Shown here: one piece after another, positions 35,131 to 43,414 of the stretch
Layout: the number at the start of each line of letters is the position of its first letter
How positions within the stretch are numbered: the stretch's first letter is position 1
NCBI GenBank assembly: GCA_003134555.1
Contig: PLBO01000131.1
Coordinates: 37,272 to 101,271 of the forward strand
Source of the DNA: Actinomycetota bacterium
Lineage (GTDB): Bacteria; Actinomycetota; Acidimicrobiia; IMCC26256; PALSA-610
DNA length: 64,000 bases
Direction: 5' to 3'
Made by a program: the position numbers and the translations under genes
Notes under the pieces: generated by a model
What the model saw: the letters and a program-made list of their open reading frames with translations, nothing else
Databases searched by the model: none
What the model was told of the DNA's origin: nothing

Positions 35131-35146
35131 CTGACGTGGGCGTCAG
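35131..35146. promoter_or_regulatory. palindromic operator candidate, CTGAC-N6-GTCAG
   Basis: CTGACGTGGGCGTCAG, 20 nt upstream of the dehydrogenase GTG (35110, minus strand). It is the exact reverse complement of the 7450 copy, spacer included. Confidence 0.6.
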
Positions 35147-35174
35147 GTTGTGGACCGATTCGCTCGGGCGGGTC

Positions 35175-35468
35175 TCAGCGTTCGGGCGGCAGCATGAACA
35201 GAAGGCGCATCGACAACACGTCGGCCGAAGCGCGCGACGGGCGCGACCCGTCGAAACGGCGGGCGCCCAGCCGGCCGTTGGTTCCCCACATGGCGGCGGT
35301 GAGCTCCTCCGAGCTGCGGCGCCTCGCCGGAGCCTCATGCGAATTCGGCGCGTGGCCCGACGCGATCAGCTCTCGGACCACCTGCTCGAGGTCGGCGATG
35401 CGCGCCGCCAGTTGTTGGTCCGGTGCCGCGCTCAGGCGTTCCATCGCCCGGTAGCGTCCTTGCGTCAT
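35175..35468 (-). CDS. hypothetical small protein
   Basis: 97-aa ORF with high third-position GC (by eye about 85 percent). No motif recognised. It shares the CATG at 35466-35469 with the divergent beta-helix gene. Confidence 0.35.
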   Translation of the reverse strand: MTQGRYRAMERLSAAPDQQLAARIADLEQVVRELIASGHAPNSHEAPARRRSSEELTAAMWGTNGRLGARRFDGSRPSRASADVLSMRLLFMLPPER

Positions 35469-36870
35469 GGCACTTCGTTCGGCACGGACGGCCCTCCTCT
35501 GGAGCGGAGGTTGGCGCCGGTGTCCGGCGTCGACCCGGGTGGCGCACCGACTCGCCGCTGTGGCGCTCGGGGGTGCGCTGGTGTGTGCCTGCTCCGGATC
35601 GTCGCCGTCCGCGGTTCGTCAGGCCGGCCCCGCCCCGCGCCCGACCTCGACGCCTTCGACCGTGCCCCGGGCGCACAAGCTCTCCGTCCCCGACTCGGTG
35701 GACGCGACCGGGACGTTCGACATGACCGCAAAGCTGCAGCGGTTCCTCGCATCGGTGCCCGACGACAGCGTCGTCGAGTTCCCGGCGGGTGCCCGCTACC
35801 AGGTGAACGGGACTCTCACCCTGAAGAACCCGCAGCACTTGACGATCGAGGGCAATCGTGCAGTGATCGTCGCGACCAGCCGGGGCGACGCGGCCCGTTC
35901 GCAGTGGCGCATCGAGAACGGCGCCGACGTGATCTTCCGTGATCTCGTGGTGCACGGCGCCAATCCACACGGCGGCGTGGGCAAAGCGGCTTACGTCCGC
36001 AAGCTGGAGACGCAGCACGGCTTTCAGCTCGAAGGGGTACAGGGATTCGAGCTCGACCGCGTCACCGTGACCGACACCTTCGGCGACTTCGTGTACGTCG
36101 GCCGCGACAGCCACAAGGTCTCGTCGACGAACGTATGGATCCACGATTCGACCTTCGCGCGCGACGGCCGTCAGGGTATTGCGGTCACTTCCGCGTCCGG
36201 CGTGATCATCGAGCGCAATAGCTTCACGGACACACGACGCTCGACCATCGATCTGGAGCCGAACGCCCGGAGCTGGCTCGTCTCCGGCGTGTTCGTTCTC
36301 GACAACGTGGTCGGGAAGGGCCGGTTGCTGTTCGTCGCATCACACGGCCGCGGACCCGTCGACGACGTCGTCATCTCGGGAAACCGCCTCGAGGGTCATT
36401 CGCTGACGGTCGACACCGTGGCGGCCGAGAACAAGCGCCGCTCGAACTGGATCGTCACCGACAATGTGAGCGACACGACCGTGCGGAGTCGACCGATGCG
36501 ATTCACCGGCATCGACGGGCTGGTCGTGCGCGGGAACCGCCAGCCGGTCGCGGGCGGGCAGCCCGCGGCGGCGCTGACCGACGTGTGCGGTGCGCAGGTC
36601 GACGGCAACGACTTCGGCGGCGCTGCGGTCCGATCCTCCGGGCGGAAATGCGCGGCCAAGCTCAGCATCCCCCAGCCGCCCGCGATCGCGGGTCGCCCGG
36701 CGTCGCAAATTGCACTGCCGGGACCCGGTCACCAGTCGCACACGCGGACGGTGGTGCTGTGGATCGTGGGGATCGTCGCCGTGCTCTCGGGCGTCGTCGT
36801 GCTCGTGCTCGCGCTCCGGCGGCGGCGGCGACGCCGTCGACGCTCGACCGCTAGCGAGGAGTCACCGTGA
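35467..36870 (+). CDS. right-handed parallel beta-helix repeat protein, lipobox signal plus C-terminal TM anchor
   Basis: Lipobox LVCACSGSS. Beta-helix repeat pattern: TIEGNRAVIVA, VIFRDLVVHG, VWIHDSTFARDGRQGIAVTSASGVIIERNSF, VVISGNRLEG and LVVRGN. C-terminal TM span (VVLWIVGIVAVLSGVVVLVLAL) followed by RRRRRRRRR. Confidence 0.75.
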   Translation: MALRSARTALLWSGGWRRCPASTRVAHRLAAVALGGALVCACSGSSPSAVRQAGPAPRPTSTPSTVPRAHKLSVPDSVDATGTFDMTAKLQRFLASVPDDSVVEFPAGARYQVNGTLTLKNPQHLTIEGNRAVIVATSRGDAARSQWRIENGADVIFRDLVVHGANPHGGVGKAAYVRKLETQHGFQLEGVQGFELDRVTVTDTFGDFVYVGRDSHKVSSTNVWIHDSTFARDGRQGIAVTSASGVIIERNSFTDTRRSTIDLEPNARSWLVSGVFVLDNVVGKGRLLFVASHGRGPVDDVVISGNRLEGHSLTVDTVAAENKRRSNWIVTDNVSDTTVRSRPMRFTGIDGLVVRGNRQPVAGGQPAAALTDVCGAQVDGNDFGGAAVRSSGRKCAAKLSIPQPPAIAGRPASQIALPGPGHQSHTRTVVLWIVGIVAVLSGVVVLVLALRRRRRRRRRSTASEESP

Positions 36871-37567
36871 TCGACCAGTCTCCGTCGCAGGTGACGGCGA
36901 CGAAGAACGGCCCGTCCGGGAGGTTGACGACGGTCGACCCCGGAGCATCGAGGCGTGTCAACAACGAGAGCCCGATCGAGCTGTAGGTGCGCAGCACCAT
37001 TGTCGATCCGGAGGTGAGGGAAACGGTCGCCCGCCCGCGCTTGCCTTCGTACGCGAGGACGGTGTCGCCCTTTCCGCCGCGCTGGCTCGTGAAGGTCGCG
37101 GCGAGGGTCGGATCCCCGATGTCGAGGTGCCACGCGTCGATCGCGGCGACTCGGATGCGTTTCACCGTGACCGAGCGCGTGCTGACGAAGTTCGCCGCGA
37201 ACGTGCCGTCGTAATCCCCGAGGGCCGCCGCCAGCAGATCGACGTCGTGGCCGTTCGAGTCGACGCTATGGACACTGAACGAACCCTTGCCGTGATGCTC
37301 CGCGTGGACGATTGCGGCCGCGGATCCGTGCGGTAGGTCGACGACGCGATTACCGGTGCCGTCGATCGGCACGACCAGCGAACTTTCCGGAAGCGTCGAC
37401 GAACTGCCGTTGCTGTTGGCGTTCGACGTCGGCGAGGACGATGACGGCGCCGACGGCGACGTGGGCGTGCTCGCGGCCGGCTGGTGCTGCGACGAACACG
37501 CCGCGGCACCGGCTACCACGAGAGCAAGGGCCGACGCGAGCCGCAGCGTGGTCGCGGCGGTCATCAT
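36851..37567 (-). CDS. secreted lipoprotein, unknown function
   Basis: Lipobox LVVAGAAACSS and a Ser/Pro/Thr linker, then a beta-rich domain. The 3' end overlaps the convergent beta-helix gene by 20 bp. Confidence 0.6.
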   Translation of the reverse strand: MMTAATTLRLASALALVVAGAAACSSQHQPAASTPTSPSAPSSSSPTSNANSNGSSSTLPESSLVVPIDGTGNRVVDLPHGSAAAIVHAEHHGKGSFSVHSVDSNGHDVDLLAAALGDYDGTFAANFVSTRSVTVKRIRVAAIDAWHLDIGDPTLAATFTSQRGGKGDTVLAYEGKRGRATVSLTSGSTMVLRTYSSIGLSLLTRLDAPGSTVVNLPDGPFFVAVTCDGDWSITVTPR

Positions 37568-37621
37568 GGAATCGACGCTACCGGAGTGGCCGGCCCGGAC
37601 AGGACGCGCACAACCTTCGCG

Positions 37622-38554
37622 TCACGTACCGGCGAGCTGGGCGACGATCGGCGCGACCACTGCCGATGTGGCCGCAGGTATCGCCCAATAGGAGACACCC
37701 CAACGCTCACGATATTCGAGGAGCGCGGCCGTGATCTGTTCGACGCTACCGATCCAGGCATGCGGCGACGCCAGCACTTGTTCGGGCTCGAGGCCGAGGT
37801 TGGCGGCGACCCGCTCCGCTCGCTCGGTCCGGTCGTTCGTGACGATCACCGGAAAGGCGACCATGTTGAGCTCGAGCTGCAGGTAGCGGTCGCCGGCGGC
37901 GACTCTGAGATCGTCGAGCTGCCGATCGATCGCGGCTTCGACCGTCTCGAGCGGAGGACGATCGCCGATTCGCCGTCCGCGCGGGCTCGGCGCGATACCG
38001 ACGATGTCGGCTTCGCGCGCCGCGATCGCCAACACGCGTGGTTCCGCGCCACCGACCAGCAGTGGTGGGTGTGGTCGTTGTAGAGGTTTGGGCTCGGCCG
38101 CGAGACCGCTCGTGCGGTAATGCCGTCCGGAGAATTCGACGGTCTCCTCGGTGAAGTACCGCTTCATCAGGGTGATCGACTCCTGCATTCGGTCGACGCG
38201 CGTCCCGGCCGGATCGAAGGGCATTCCGGCGGCGGCATATTCGGACGCCAGCCAGCCCGCGCCGATGCCCCATTCGAACCGGCCGCCGGAGAGCAGGTCG
38301 AGGGTCGCGATCTCTTTCGCGTGCACCACCGGATGCCGGAAGTCGTTGCACGAGACGAGCGTGCCGACGCGCAGGGTGCTCGTCGCTTCGGCCGCGACGG
38401 CGAGAGCCGGCATTGGTGAGAGTTGCGCGCCCAGATGGTCGGAGACGACGAGGGTTTCGAAGCCCTGCCCCTCGACCCGACGAGCCAGCTCACGCCACTC
38501 GTCCGCCGATGCCGCTTGGTGCGCGCTCGCTGCGAAGCGAAACGGTCGGCTCAC
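37622..38554 (-). CDS. LLM-class F420-dependent oxidoreductase (second copy)
   Basis: Motifs: MSRPFRFAASA..., FETLVVSDHLG, GRFEWGIGAGWLASEYAAAGMPFDPAGTRVDRMQE and HPPLLVGG. Confidence 0.8.
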   Translation of the reverse strand: MSRPFRFAASAHQAASADEWRELARRVEGQGFETLVVSDHLGAQLSPMPALAVAAEATSTLRVGTLVSCNDFRHPVVHAKEIATLDLLSGGRFEWGIGAGWLASEYAAAGMPFDPAGTRVDRMQESITLMKRYFTEETVEFSGRHYRTSGLAAEPKPLQRPHPPLLVGGAEPRVLAIAAREADIVGIAPSPRGRRIGDRPPLETVEAAIDRQLDDLRVAAGDRYLQLELNMVAFPVIVTNDRTERAERVAANLGLEPEQVLASPHAWIGSVEQITAALLEYRERWGVSYWAIPAATSAVVAPIVAQLAGT

Positions 38555-38710
38555 GGGACGCGGTGTGCCCGCGTGGTCACGGGAGTCACAACGATCACGG
38601 ACGGGTACGGTAGCGGCACGTGTGGCGGTCGTCGCGAACGCGCATTTGTAGGCGTTCTGGGTGCTTACGACCGCTGTCTGGTGGCGCGCGCCCGTTACTA
38701 GAATCTGGGT

Positions 38711-39301
38711 ATGTCTTGGTCCGGCCGCCTCGGCCGTCGCCGTCGAGGGTGGAGCGTGTTCGTCTGCCTACTGCTCGCGATCGTGCTCGTAGGAGCCGCT
38801 TGCGGACAGAGCGCGAGCAAGGTGAAAGTCAAGGCGAAACCGAAAGCCCACGCGTTCGCCAAGCCGAAGAAAGTCTCCTTTCGAGTCTGCATGGCGAGCA
38901 AGGGCGTGCGGCTACCCGTTCCCCCGCCTGTATTCATTCGGTCCCCGACCACCGTTCCCCTGGTTACGAGGCTGCGCCGTACGCCGGCAGGCGTCGATCG
39001 GGCCATCTACTGGGGTGCGCTGGTTTCGTGCATGTTCCCCGGCTCGTATCGCGCGTGCATGGCGAAACACGGCGTGACCGTCCGGGTCGTCCCCCCGCCG
39101 GAGACCGGGCCGATCAAGGCTCCGCAGTCCATCGCGGCGCAGCTCAACGCGCGACCGAAGGGGGTGAGTCCGGCCAAGTTCAAAGCGGCGCTCGCTCCAT
39201 GCATGGCAGCCGCCGCCCGAGCGAAGCGGCTCGCGGCGAAGATCAAGGCGAAAAAAGCCAAGGCCAAGGCCCCAACCACCACAACCACAAAAAAGCCCTG
39301 A
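38711..39301 (+). CDS. lysine-rich lipoprotein, unknown function
   Basis: Lipobox LVGAACGQS. KVKVKAKPKAHAFAKPKK after the signal and a AKIKAKKAKAKAPTTTTTKKP tail. CMA-containing internal repeat ([FY]R[VA]CMA..GV...VPPP, two copies). Confidence 0.6.
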   Translation: MSWSGRLGRRRRGWSVFVCLLLAIVLVGAACGQSASKVKVKAKPKAHAFAKPKKVSFRVCMASKGVRLPVPPPVFIRSPTTVPLVTRLRRTPAGVDRAIYWGALVSCMFPGSYRACMAKHGVTVRVVPPPETGPIKAPQSIAAQLNARPKGVSPAKFKAALAPCMAAAARAKRLAAKIKAKKAKAKAPTTTTTKKP

Positions 39302-39409
39302 CGACATCTCACCCGAAAGATGGTTAGCGCGCTCCGTGGTTGGTAGATTCTGTCAGGGCTCGTCTTCGGAGTGAGCCGGTTGGATCTGTGCGCTGGGGGG
39401 TGGGGGCAG

Positions 39410-40369
39410 ATGAGACGCGTCATAGGTCGATTGCTCCTTGCCGCGGCCGTAGCGCTGCCACTGAGCGTCGCAATTTCGGGTCAGTCCGCCCAGGGTTCGG
39501 TCGGGTCTGGAGATGGCACGGCCGTGATGAAGTGTCGCCACTTCCAGGACGCGATGAACCTGAGTCCAGGGCTCTCGCACACGCCGGCGAACCAGACCGT
39601 CGAGGCCCACGGGCGGGTATTCGGATGCAACAAGGCGGGCGGCGGCGGCCACTTCAAGGCGTCCTTCCGTATGACCAACGCGACGTGCGACAGCCGTCGC
39701 ATGCAGGGCGGCGCGACGTTCTCCTGGGCGAATGGCACGACGTCGGAGGCCGCGTTGACGTTCACTCCCGCGCCGGTTGCGCCGAGCAAGGTCGAGGTCG
39801 AGGGCGTGATTGTCAAGGGTCTGTTCAAGGGTCTTCTGGTGCACTCGTTCGTACGGTTCACCAACTCGTTCACGGGAACCGGTCCGGGCTGCAGCCCGAC
39901 GAACCTGCTGAAGCGCATTGACTTTACGAACAGTCAAAGTCTGCAAGTGTTCGTTCCGCAGACGACGACGACCACCACCGTTCCGCAAAGCACCTCGTTT
40001 ACGACCGCGCCCCAGACCACTGCGCCGCAAACCACTGCGCCGCGAGCGACCGCAAGCACGGTCGGTCTGCGAGGAAGTACCGCGCGGCCGGCGACCTCGC
40101 CTCGCGCGTCCGGGGGCGGCGGTGGCCGTGGCGGAGGCTTCGGCGTGACGCAGGCTCCCGCTAACCCGAGTTCGGGTGGCAGTCTCGCGTTCACCGGCTC
40201 GAACTCCGCCGGCGCGTTGTTCGGCGCCGAGTCGTTGATGGTTGGCGGCGCGCTCTGGGCTCTCGGCGACCGGGGCCGCAGGCGCGACCGGACGCGACCC
40301 CGCGCGCGTCGGCGCCGCAGCCGTCCGCGACCGTGGTTGATCTTGTCGTTCCCGCCCGACGTTCGCTGA
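39410..40369 (+). CDS. cell-wall-anchored surface protein with LAxTG sorting signal
   Basis: In-frame ATG at 39410 (MRRVIGRLLLAAAVALPLSVAISGQSAQG). Thr/Pro-rich stalk. C-terminal LAFTG, then a hydrophobic stretch and an Arg-rich tail. Confidence 0.7.
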   Translation: MRRVIGRLLLAAAVALPLSVAISGQSAQGSVGSGDGTAVMKCRHFQDAMNLSPGLSHTPANQTVEAHGRVFGCNKAGGGGHFKASFRMTNATCDSRRMQGGATFSWANGTTSEAALTFTPAPVAPSKVEVEGVIVKGLFKGLLVHSFVRFTNSFTGTGPGCSPTNLLKRIDFTNSQSLQVFVPQTTTTTTVPQSTSFTTAPQTTAPQTTAPRATASTVGLRGSTARPATSPRASGGGGGRGGGFGVTQAPANPSSGGSLAFTGSNSAGALFGAESLMVGGALWALGDRGRRRDRTRPRARRRRSRPRPWLILSFPPDVR

Positions 40370-40404
40370 CCGAACGGCGACACGCCACCGAGGTGCGGGC
40401 AGAC

Positions 40405-41049
40405 TCAGCTTCGTCGTCGCCACCAACGAAAGCGCTGGGTTTCGTCCCGCGCTCGCAGGGCCTCGGCATAGCGCGCGGCCTCGTGGCGCACGTGCGCGGG
40501 TATCTCGGCGGTCTCGACTTCGGGCGGTGCTTGTGGAGTCGGATCCGGCGCCGGCGCCTCGGTGGCGGCCGGCGAAACTACCTCCGCGCCGAATGCCCGG
40601 GAAATGGTTCGGAGAGCGAAGTCGGCGCGTTCGAGTGCTTCCGCTCGCTCGCCGGCTACCGCGCGCCACTTGTCGGCCTCCGCACGCAGGATCGCGAGCT
40701 CGGCCGCGGCGACCGCCTCCGCGAGGTCCGAACGCAGCCGAGCGAACCGGTCCGTACCGATCACCGACGCGATGCTCGGCCGCTCCGGTTGAGCAAAGGG
40801 CAGCCGGACGAGGCTGTCGACGTCGTCGGGAAGGAGCCCGGCGGTCTGCAAATCTGAGATGGGGATCATCCAGTGCTGCTGGTCGGGCGACTCCGGGTCG
40901 TCGACCTTGTGCGCGCCCGGAAAAGCTCCCGCCGCGAGCCGGCGGCGAATCGACCGGCTCGGCAACTTGGTCGCGTCGGCCGCGTCACGAATGGACAACA
41001 CACGCGGCTCCGGCTCGGCATGTCCATCGGCCGGGTTCGTGCTCACCAC
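40405..41049 (-). CDS. helix-turn-helix (excisionase/MerR-like HTH_17) domain protein with coiled-coil C-terminus
   Basis: HTH-like segment: VLSIRDAADATKLPSRSIRRRLAAGAFPGAHKV...WMIPISDL. The C-terminal half is Ala/Glu/Arg-rich and helical. Confidence 0.6.
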   Translation of the reverse strand: MVSTNPADGHAEPEPRVLSIRDAADATKLPSRSIRRRLAAGAFPGAHKVDDPESPDQQHWMIPISDLQTAGLLPDDVDSLVRLPFAQPERPSIASVIGTDRFARLRSDLAEAVAAAELAILRAEADKWRAVAGERAEALERADFALRTISRAFGAEVVSPAATEAPAPDPTPQAPPEVETAEIPAHVRHEAARYAEALRARDETQRFRWWRRRS

Positions 41050-41129
41050 GACGACCTTCCTCGTTCAGCTCGCGCCCCGCACGCGGATACCGACGTGGTT
41101 CCGCATTCCTGCCCTAGCCTCCGTCGGAG

Positions 41130-41777
41130 ATGGACCAGGGACATCCGCTGCAACCGAAGGACTGGCGGTCGAGCACCCACGAGGATCGCTTCGCGCGCGT
41201 CCGTGGTTACTTCGTTGAGCGGTCGGTTCTCGATGTCGGTGCCGCGACGGGCGCCGACCGCGCCGACTGGGTGCACGCACTGATCGCGGGGGTCGCGAAC
41301 GATACGATCGGCATCGATCTCGATCAGCGACTCGTCGACCGCGCGCGAGCGAAGGGTTTCGACGTCGTGGTCGCCGATGCGCAGACCTTCTCGCTCGATC
41401 GATCGTTCGACGTTGTGTTCGCCGGCGAGCTCATCGAGCACTTGTCGTGCTGCGGTGATTTTCTCGACCGCGCCCGCGAGCACCTGGAGCCGGACGGGCT
41501 GCTCGTCCTCACTACCCCAAACGTTTTCTCGGTCAGCAACTTCGTCTATCGAGTCGGCGGACGCCCACGCGTCAACAAGGGTCACACCTGTTGGTTCGAC
41601 GAGGTCACGCTCGGGCAACTCCTCGAACGGCACGGCTACCAAGTGCTCGAGGTGGATTACATCCGCCACCGCACACCCGGACGCGTGCGCGCGCTCGTGG
41701 CGCGCGGTGTCCGGTCGATGCTTCCGCATCATCTCGCGGAGAACACGCTGTTGGTCGTCGCCACGCCGAAAATCTGA
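41130..41777 (+). CDS. class I SAM-dependent methyltransferase
   Basis: SAM motif VLDVGAATGAD, then FDVVFAGELIEHL and LLVLTTPN. Confidence 0.75.
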   Translation: MDQGHPLQPKDWRSSTHEDRFARVRGYFVERSVLDVGAATGADRADWVHALIAGVANDTIGIDLDQRLVDRARAKGFDVVVADAQTFSLDRSFDVVFAGELIEHLSCCGDFLDRAREHLEPDGLLVLTTPNVFSVSNFVYRVGGRPRVNKGHTCWFDEVTLGQLLERHGYQVLEVDYIRHRTPGRVRALVARGVRSMLPHHLAENTLLVVATPKI

Positions 41778-41799
41778 GCAAACATGTCAGCGCACGGCT

Positions 41800-43299
41800 T
41801 CACGCCGGCGATTTCCTGTTGCCGACTCGCTTGCGTCGCCGCGTGAGCGGGATGTGCCAACCGAAGTCGCTGGCAACCAACTTGAACCCGAGGAAGGCGA
41901 CAGGGAAGAGCAGCAGGAGCACGAGGATAGCGAAGCGTCCCGCCCCGCTGTTTCCGGCCGCGATCGCGGCACCACCGAGGTCGATCAGGGGCGTCGGCAC
42001 GAAGGAGATCCCGCTGTGCGAGAGGTGCGGACTCGGAAAGAAGTCGAACGGTCCGCCGCCGAAAGCCCGGTCGGGGCGGTGAGTAACCGCAGAGTGCACC
42101 TTTGCATCCGATCGCGTCTTCACGACGGGCTTGAACGGCTTGCGCTTCTTCCCCGTATGACGAGGACGAATCTTCCGCTCGGGCGCAGCCGTCGCGTGCC
42201 GAAGTTTCCGCGCTCGCACGACCGGGGTGGTGCCCGACGCGGTCGGAGGCGGACGCTGAGCGACTGTCGGGGTGGTAGTGGACGGCGGGCGAGTGGTCGG
42301 CGGGGGATCGATCACGGTGCTGATCGCCAGCGTCGAGATGATCGATGGCACCGGCGCGGCGGCGATCGTCGCGGGTTGGATGGCGGAGAGCCCGAACCCG
42401 AATACCGGCGGCCCGACGGTGGTCGTCGTCGTCGTCGAGTCGGTGGCCGTTGTTGTCGTTTGGCCCACCGTGGTCGTCGTCGGGGACTCGGTGGTCGAGG
42501 TCGTGGGCGGCAGTGTCGTGCTCGTGGTTGTCGTGCTCGGTTGCGGCGGGAGGATGGGTAGCGAGAGCGCAGCGTTGATCGCACGCTCGCGGCCGTCGCA
42601 TTGCTTCTTCCCGCTGGGAACGGCAGGCACGTTCAAGGAGTCGTCGACGAGCGTCGCGGTCGCGTTCGAGGGATCGAGTCGGGCGCCCCCCGGTGCCGAC
42701 GTTGAGAGCTGAACGAGGAAGGGTCCGACCGGGCAATCGAGCATGCGCCGAGTGGTGAGCGGCTGCCCGTGACGGAGGGGCACCGACCACAACAGCATCA
42801 TGGCGCCGTCGAGGGTCACGGCGCCGGTCGCGGCGTCGATGGTGCCCGACAAATCAGTCGTGGCCGCGGCGCGGACGGTGGGTGTCCCGATCGCGGCGTC
42901 GGCTGGGGCGATCGGGACCGGAATCGAGGCGAACGCGAGATCCCGGCTCGGAATCGTGAATTTCCCCTGGGGGCTCACCGTCACGAGCGACGGGAACGGC
43001 GTCACGAGGGTCGCGATGCTGGTTCTCGGGGTGCGCATCGCCACGCTGAGCGATATTCGAGCCCGCTGGGTGCGAACAGTGGAGGCGCCGACGACCTGGG
43101 GGGACAATGACATCGGCAGCACGACGGTGAGCACGACGGCGTAGTACGCGCCCAGCACCACCATGCGACGACGAGCAGTTCCACCACGCAGCAACGTCTG
43201 CTCCCTCGCTTCCCCCGATATACCCACGTCAGGATAGGCGAGGGGTCTCGCGTCCTCCAAGGGGCGCGGCGCCCGTTGTGACACCTGGCGCCCGGGCAT
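41800..43299 (-). CDS. membrane-anchored Thr/Pro-rich surface protein, unknown function
   Basis: N-terminal RRR plus TM (MVVLGAYYAVVLTVVLPM). Central TTTTSTTLPPTTSTTESPTTTTVGQTTTTATDSTTTTTT stalk, a basic KKRKPFKP segment and a C-terminal TM (FAILVLLLLFPVAFLGFKLV). The start is uncertain (43299, 43227 or 43164). Confidence 0.55.
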   Translation of the reverse strand: MPGRQVSQRAPRPLEDARPLAYPDVGISGEAREQTLLRGGTARRRMVVLGAYYAVVLTVVLPMSLSPQVVGASTVRTQRARISLSVAMRTPRTSIATLVTPFPSLVTVSPQGKFTIPSRDLAFASIPVPIAPADAAIGTPTVRAAATTDLSGTIDAATGAVTLDGAMMLLWSVPLRHGQPLTTRRMLDCPVGPFLVQLSTSAPGGARLDPSNATATLVDDSLNVPAVPSGKKQCDGRERAINAALSLPILPPQPSTTTTSTTLPPTTSTTESPTTTTVGQTTTTATDSTTTTTTVGPPVFGFGLSAIQPATIAAAPVPSIISTLAISTVIDPPPTTRPPSTTTPTVAQRPPPTASGTTPVVRARKLRHATAAPERKIRPRHTGKKRKPFKPVVKTRSDAKVHSAVTHRPDRAFGGGPFDFFPSPHLSHSGISFVPTPLIDLGGAAIAAGNSGAGRFAILVLLLLFPVAFLGFKLVASDFGWHIPLTRRRKRVGNRKSPA

Positions 43300-43414
43300 T
43301 GCGCGCGAAAGGTGCGATTGGGGTGCCGCGCGCAGTTTGTACAGAGGGCGTGGTTGACTCCTCGCTCCGCCGGGGAAGCAAGCACGGGATCCTCACAACG
43401 AGAAGGGCCTCTTC

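Noticed and set aside
40405-41049. The excisionase-like HTH gene considered as a marker of an integrated mobile element or prophage.
   Set aside because: I found no integrase, recombinase, transposase, tRNA target or flanking direct repeats anywhere in the window.
43217-43232. A half-site, ACCCACGTCAG, upstream or within the 5' end of the Thr-rich protein gene. It resembles the right half of the 7450 copy.
   Set aside because: The left half (GATAT) does not match CTGAC, so this is not a palindrome.
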